In this document: positions 5,369 through 7,257 of the stretch, in pieces | How the letters are laid out: each line of letters starts with the position of its first letter | Numbering within the stretch: position 1 is the first letter of the stretch | Virus record (IMG/VR): IMGVR_UViG_2609459831_000014 | Strand: one strand, 5' to 3' | Source of the DNA: a virus | Lineage: Duplodnaviria; Heunggongvirae; Uroviricota; Caudoviricetes | DNA: 7,257 bases | The notes under the pieces: generated by a model | What the model was told of the DNA's origin: nothing | Database searches by the model: none | What the model saw: only the letters and a program-made list of their open reading frames with translations | Translations under genes and position numbers: made by a program

Positions 5369-6232
5369 TTATTTCCCTACCGCAATCCAGAAAAATGAAC
5401 TCATGCTGGCTACTGGTGCTCCGCCCGCTGTTGGAATCATCAGATTTCGGACGCCGCATCCTAAATTAGTTATCGTTGGCGCTGAAATTACTGGCGACTG
5501 AACTACGTTAGGAAGCGATACCTGCTGAGGACCAAATCCCACATACATCGGGTATGCAGAGAACGCGACAGGAAACGTAATAAAGATCTCTCCAGTTGAT
5601 GATGGATTGGCTGTCCCCCACTGAATAATCAGACCTGACGGTAATTTTTGCCAGCCAGGGCTGGTCAGGCTGGATGTGAAGTCATTCATATCCGGAATCT
5701 GATTTGCCCCTGAGCCAACATCCCTTTGAGCCGCACTTTTCAGATCAAGATAAGTTCTTAGTTCAGCCTTATCCTTACCGCTTAAATCTGTCAGTGTCTG
5801 GTCTTTTGGTTGCGCATAGTCTTTTGTTGCCAGACGAACTACTGTATTTGTTCTGGCGAATCGCATATACGGGGCATTGACGTTACTACTGTCAAACCCT
5901 GCAATTTTACATTCATCACCAATTAATGCATCTCCCAAACCAAGGTTTTCGAGAGCCGTTTTCACCGTGCCATCCGATTTGATATCGCCAAACGGATTCT
6001 TGCGGCTTAACAGCAGCGCACGAAGCGCGGTAAGCAACTGGTCGTGCCGCGCCTTCTCCAGGCTGGCACCGGATGCCTCCACCACGCTGCAGAGTTCTTC
6101 CTGCAACATATCAAAGTAGTCATCATCCAGATCGGTGGCAGGTGTGCCGGTCTGGGGGTTACCACGGGTAAAACCGTTCTTCCCCGCGCCGAACTTATCC
6201 TTCTGCGCGGTTTTCGTGTCTATACGATGCAT
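5369..6232 (-). CDS. Phage tail fibre protein, 287 aa: constant N-terminal part (6232 to ~5944) plus variable C-terminal part (5943 to 5369)
   Basis: ATG 6230-6232 with SD GGAG 7 nt upstream, starting 3 nt after the stop of the upstream tail gene. The crossover site lies inside the gene at codons ...ENLGLGD.... Size and position match an e14 StfP / Mu S-like fibre (from memory). Confidence 0.85.
   Translation of the reverse strand: MHRIDTKTAQKDKFGAGKNGFTRGNPQTGTPATDLDDDYFDMLQEELCSVVEASGASLEKARHDQLLTALRALLLSRKNPFGDIKSDGTVKTALENLGLGDALIGDECKIAGFDSSNVNAPYMRFARTNTVVRLATKDYAQPKDQTLTDLSGKDKAELRTYLDLKSAAQRDVGSGANQIPDMNDFTSSLTSPGWQKLPSGLIIQWGTANPSSTGEIFITFPVAFSAYPMYVGFGPQQVSLPNVVQSPVISAPTITNLGCGVRNLMIPTAGGAPVASMSSFFWIAVGK
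5930..5955. other. Invertase crossover site, right (inside the tail fibre gene)
   Basis: ATCTCCCAAACC-AA-GGTTTTCGAGAG, an imperfect dyad. Its inner half is the reverse complement of GGTTTGGGAGA at 3856-3866. Confidence 0.5.
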
Positions 6233-6235
6233 GGA

Positions 6236-6820
6236 TTACTCCGGATATTTAAAAATCACATAGGTATGCGACGGGCAGAGTTTGTTAAGAACACACTCGA
6301 CAACGGTGTCGCCCCAGATACGCAGGGCAGAATCACAGGGATCGCCACATGTCATCCAGGTGGTGTTGGTGGCGGCTGGCATGTTGATCTGCCAGTAATA
6401 CCGCCATTCCGGCGCATTCACCGCGTCAGTACAGGCCGATGAGCAGGTGAAGGTGCTTTTGTCGTATCGCGTGATGGTGGCATCTGGCCTGCCCAGGGCA
6501 GCAAGCTGTGCAAGATAAAAATCCTCGTTGATGCCGCCCGCCAGGTTAACCTTCGCATCCAGCCGTTGCTGACGCTGGCGAAGAGTCTGCGTTCCCGCCG
6601 GAATACATTCATCCGGCAGACCGCACAGACGCTCCCAGCGGTTTATCAGTTCAGTGGTGGTGCGCGGATCCAGCTCCCGCATCAGGGCATCCGCACGCTG
6701 ATGAACGCGGGTTAATGACGGTGCCGCACCGGCAATCGCCGGATCTCTGGCTGACCACGCCGGACCGGGTGGCAACAGTGCCGACAACAGACGGATGTAA
6801 TCATCGTTTGTCACGTCCAT
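6236..6820 (-). CDS. Phage tail/baseplate protein, 194 aa (Mu gp48 / e14 YmfQ-like by position and size)
   Basis: ATG 6818-6820 and stop TAA 6236-6238, 3 nt before the tail fibre start. Its start overlaps the stop of the upstream gene by 10 nt (ATGGACGTGA). Product assignment rests on synteny and size, not on a recognised motif. Confidence 0.7.
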   Translation of the reverse strand: MDVTNDDYIRLLSALLPPGPAWSARDPAIAGAAPSLTRVHQRADALMRELDPRTTTELINRWERLCGLPDECIPAGTQTLRQRQQRLDAKVNLAGGINEDFYLAQLAALGRPDATITRYDKSTFTCSSACTDAVNAPEWRYYWQINMPAATNTTWMTCGDPCDSALRIWGDTVVECVLNKLCPSHTYVIFKYPE

Positions 6821-7257
6821 GAAATCGTCCCCAGAACCGCCAGTTCATTTTTCGCAATGGAGATATTGTCTGCCGGTGCAAGCAACTGATGGCTATATTC
6901 CCCGTTCGCACCGGAAATCGCCTCACTGATACGCGATACCTTCAGTTCTCCCTGCGGATAACCATCACGCAGAAGAAACGAACGCAACTCCGCGGTGATG
7001 GCGGCTCGTATTTCTGGTGTGTCCGGCGTCACGCGGATATGAAAATCCACCGTATGTGCCACCGGCCTGAATACATACAAATCAGAGCCTGCCACCGGGG
7101 CCAGTGGCACGATATGTTGTCTTGCTGCCGTTTCCGTTGATTCTTCCGGAATGGGATTAATCAGGTCACTGCTGGCAATCATCACACCGACAGTTCCCGT
7201 TCCCATCCAGTGACGGTATGTCCATGCGCGGGTAATGCCGGGCACTTCTTTAGCCCA
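6811..7257 (-). CDS. Phage baseplate protein, C-terminal part only (baseplate J-like by synteny); 5' end lies beyond the window
   Basis: Minus-strand frame is open to the window edge: codons upstream of the track start (GTG at 7243-7245) read W-A-K-E with no stop. Stop TGA 6811-6813 overlaps the next gene start. Family assignment is inferred from the gp47-gp48-S order of Mu-like tail modules. Confidence 0.65.
   Translation of the reverse strand, partial: WAKEVPGITRAWTYRHWMGTGTVGVMIASSDLINPIPEESTETAARQHIVPLAPVAGSDLYVFRPVAHTVDFHIRVTPDTPEIRAAITAELRSFLLRDGYPQGELKVSRISEAISGANGEYSHQLLAPADNISIAKNELAVLGTISWT

Larger units (their letters stand above)
3854..5943. mobile_element. Invertible DNA segment (G/P-segment-like tail-fibre host-range switch) bounded by the central dinucleotides of the two crossover sites
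   Basis: Inverted sites at 3842-3867 and 5930-5955, adjacent invertase, and two convergent tail-fibre-C-terminus + assembly-chaperone pairs inside. Same architecture as Mu G, P1 C and e14 P segments (established knowledge). Confidence 0.6.

Noticed and set aside
4776-5459. ORFs 4776..4991 (-), 4927..5121 (+) and 5118..5459 (-)
   Set aside because: Alternative-frame or antisense overlaps of the two chaperone genes and the fibre 3' end, with no independent signals.
5877-7140. ORFs 5877..6119 (+), 6044..6442 (+), 6418..6612 (-) and 6889..7140 (+)
   Set aside because: Antisense or out-of-frame shadows within the tail fibre, gp48-like and baseplate genes.
1-7257. CRISPR array, tRNA or rRNA
   Set aside because: No regularly spaced direct repeats and no tRNA-like or rRNA-like sequence found on reading either strand.

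Overview
Enterobacterial (Escherichia/Shigella-like) chromosome-to-prophage junction. The left ~1.6 kb is core chromosome on the minus strand: pspG (80 aa, sigma54-type promoter) and dusA (tRNA-dihydrouridine synthase A). From ~1.6 kb rightward the window is a phage-type integrative element abutting the 5' end of dusA: a tyrosine integrase divergent from dusA, a dinI-like gene behind two tandem LexA boxes, a Pin/Gin/Hin-family serine DNA invertase, and a ~2.1 kb invertible tail-fibre segment flanked by inverted 26-bp crossover sites. The segment currently expresses a tail fibre plus assembly chaperone on the minus strand and holds a promoterless alternative fibre C-terminus plus its own chaperone on the plus strand. 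Beyond it are two tail/baseplate genes, the last truncated by the window edge. Gene content and sizes resemble the e14 / Mu G-segment tail-fibre switch, but here the invertase end sits next to int and dusA. No rRNA, tRNA or CRISPR array was seen. All calls are from reading the sequence and recalled family knowledge; no searches were run.
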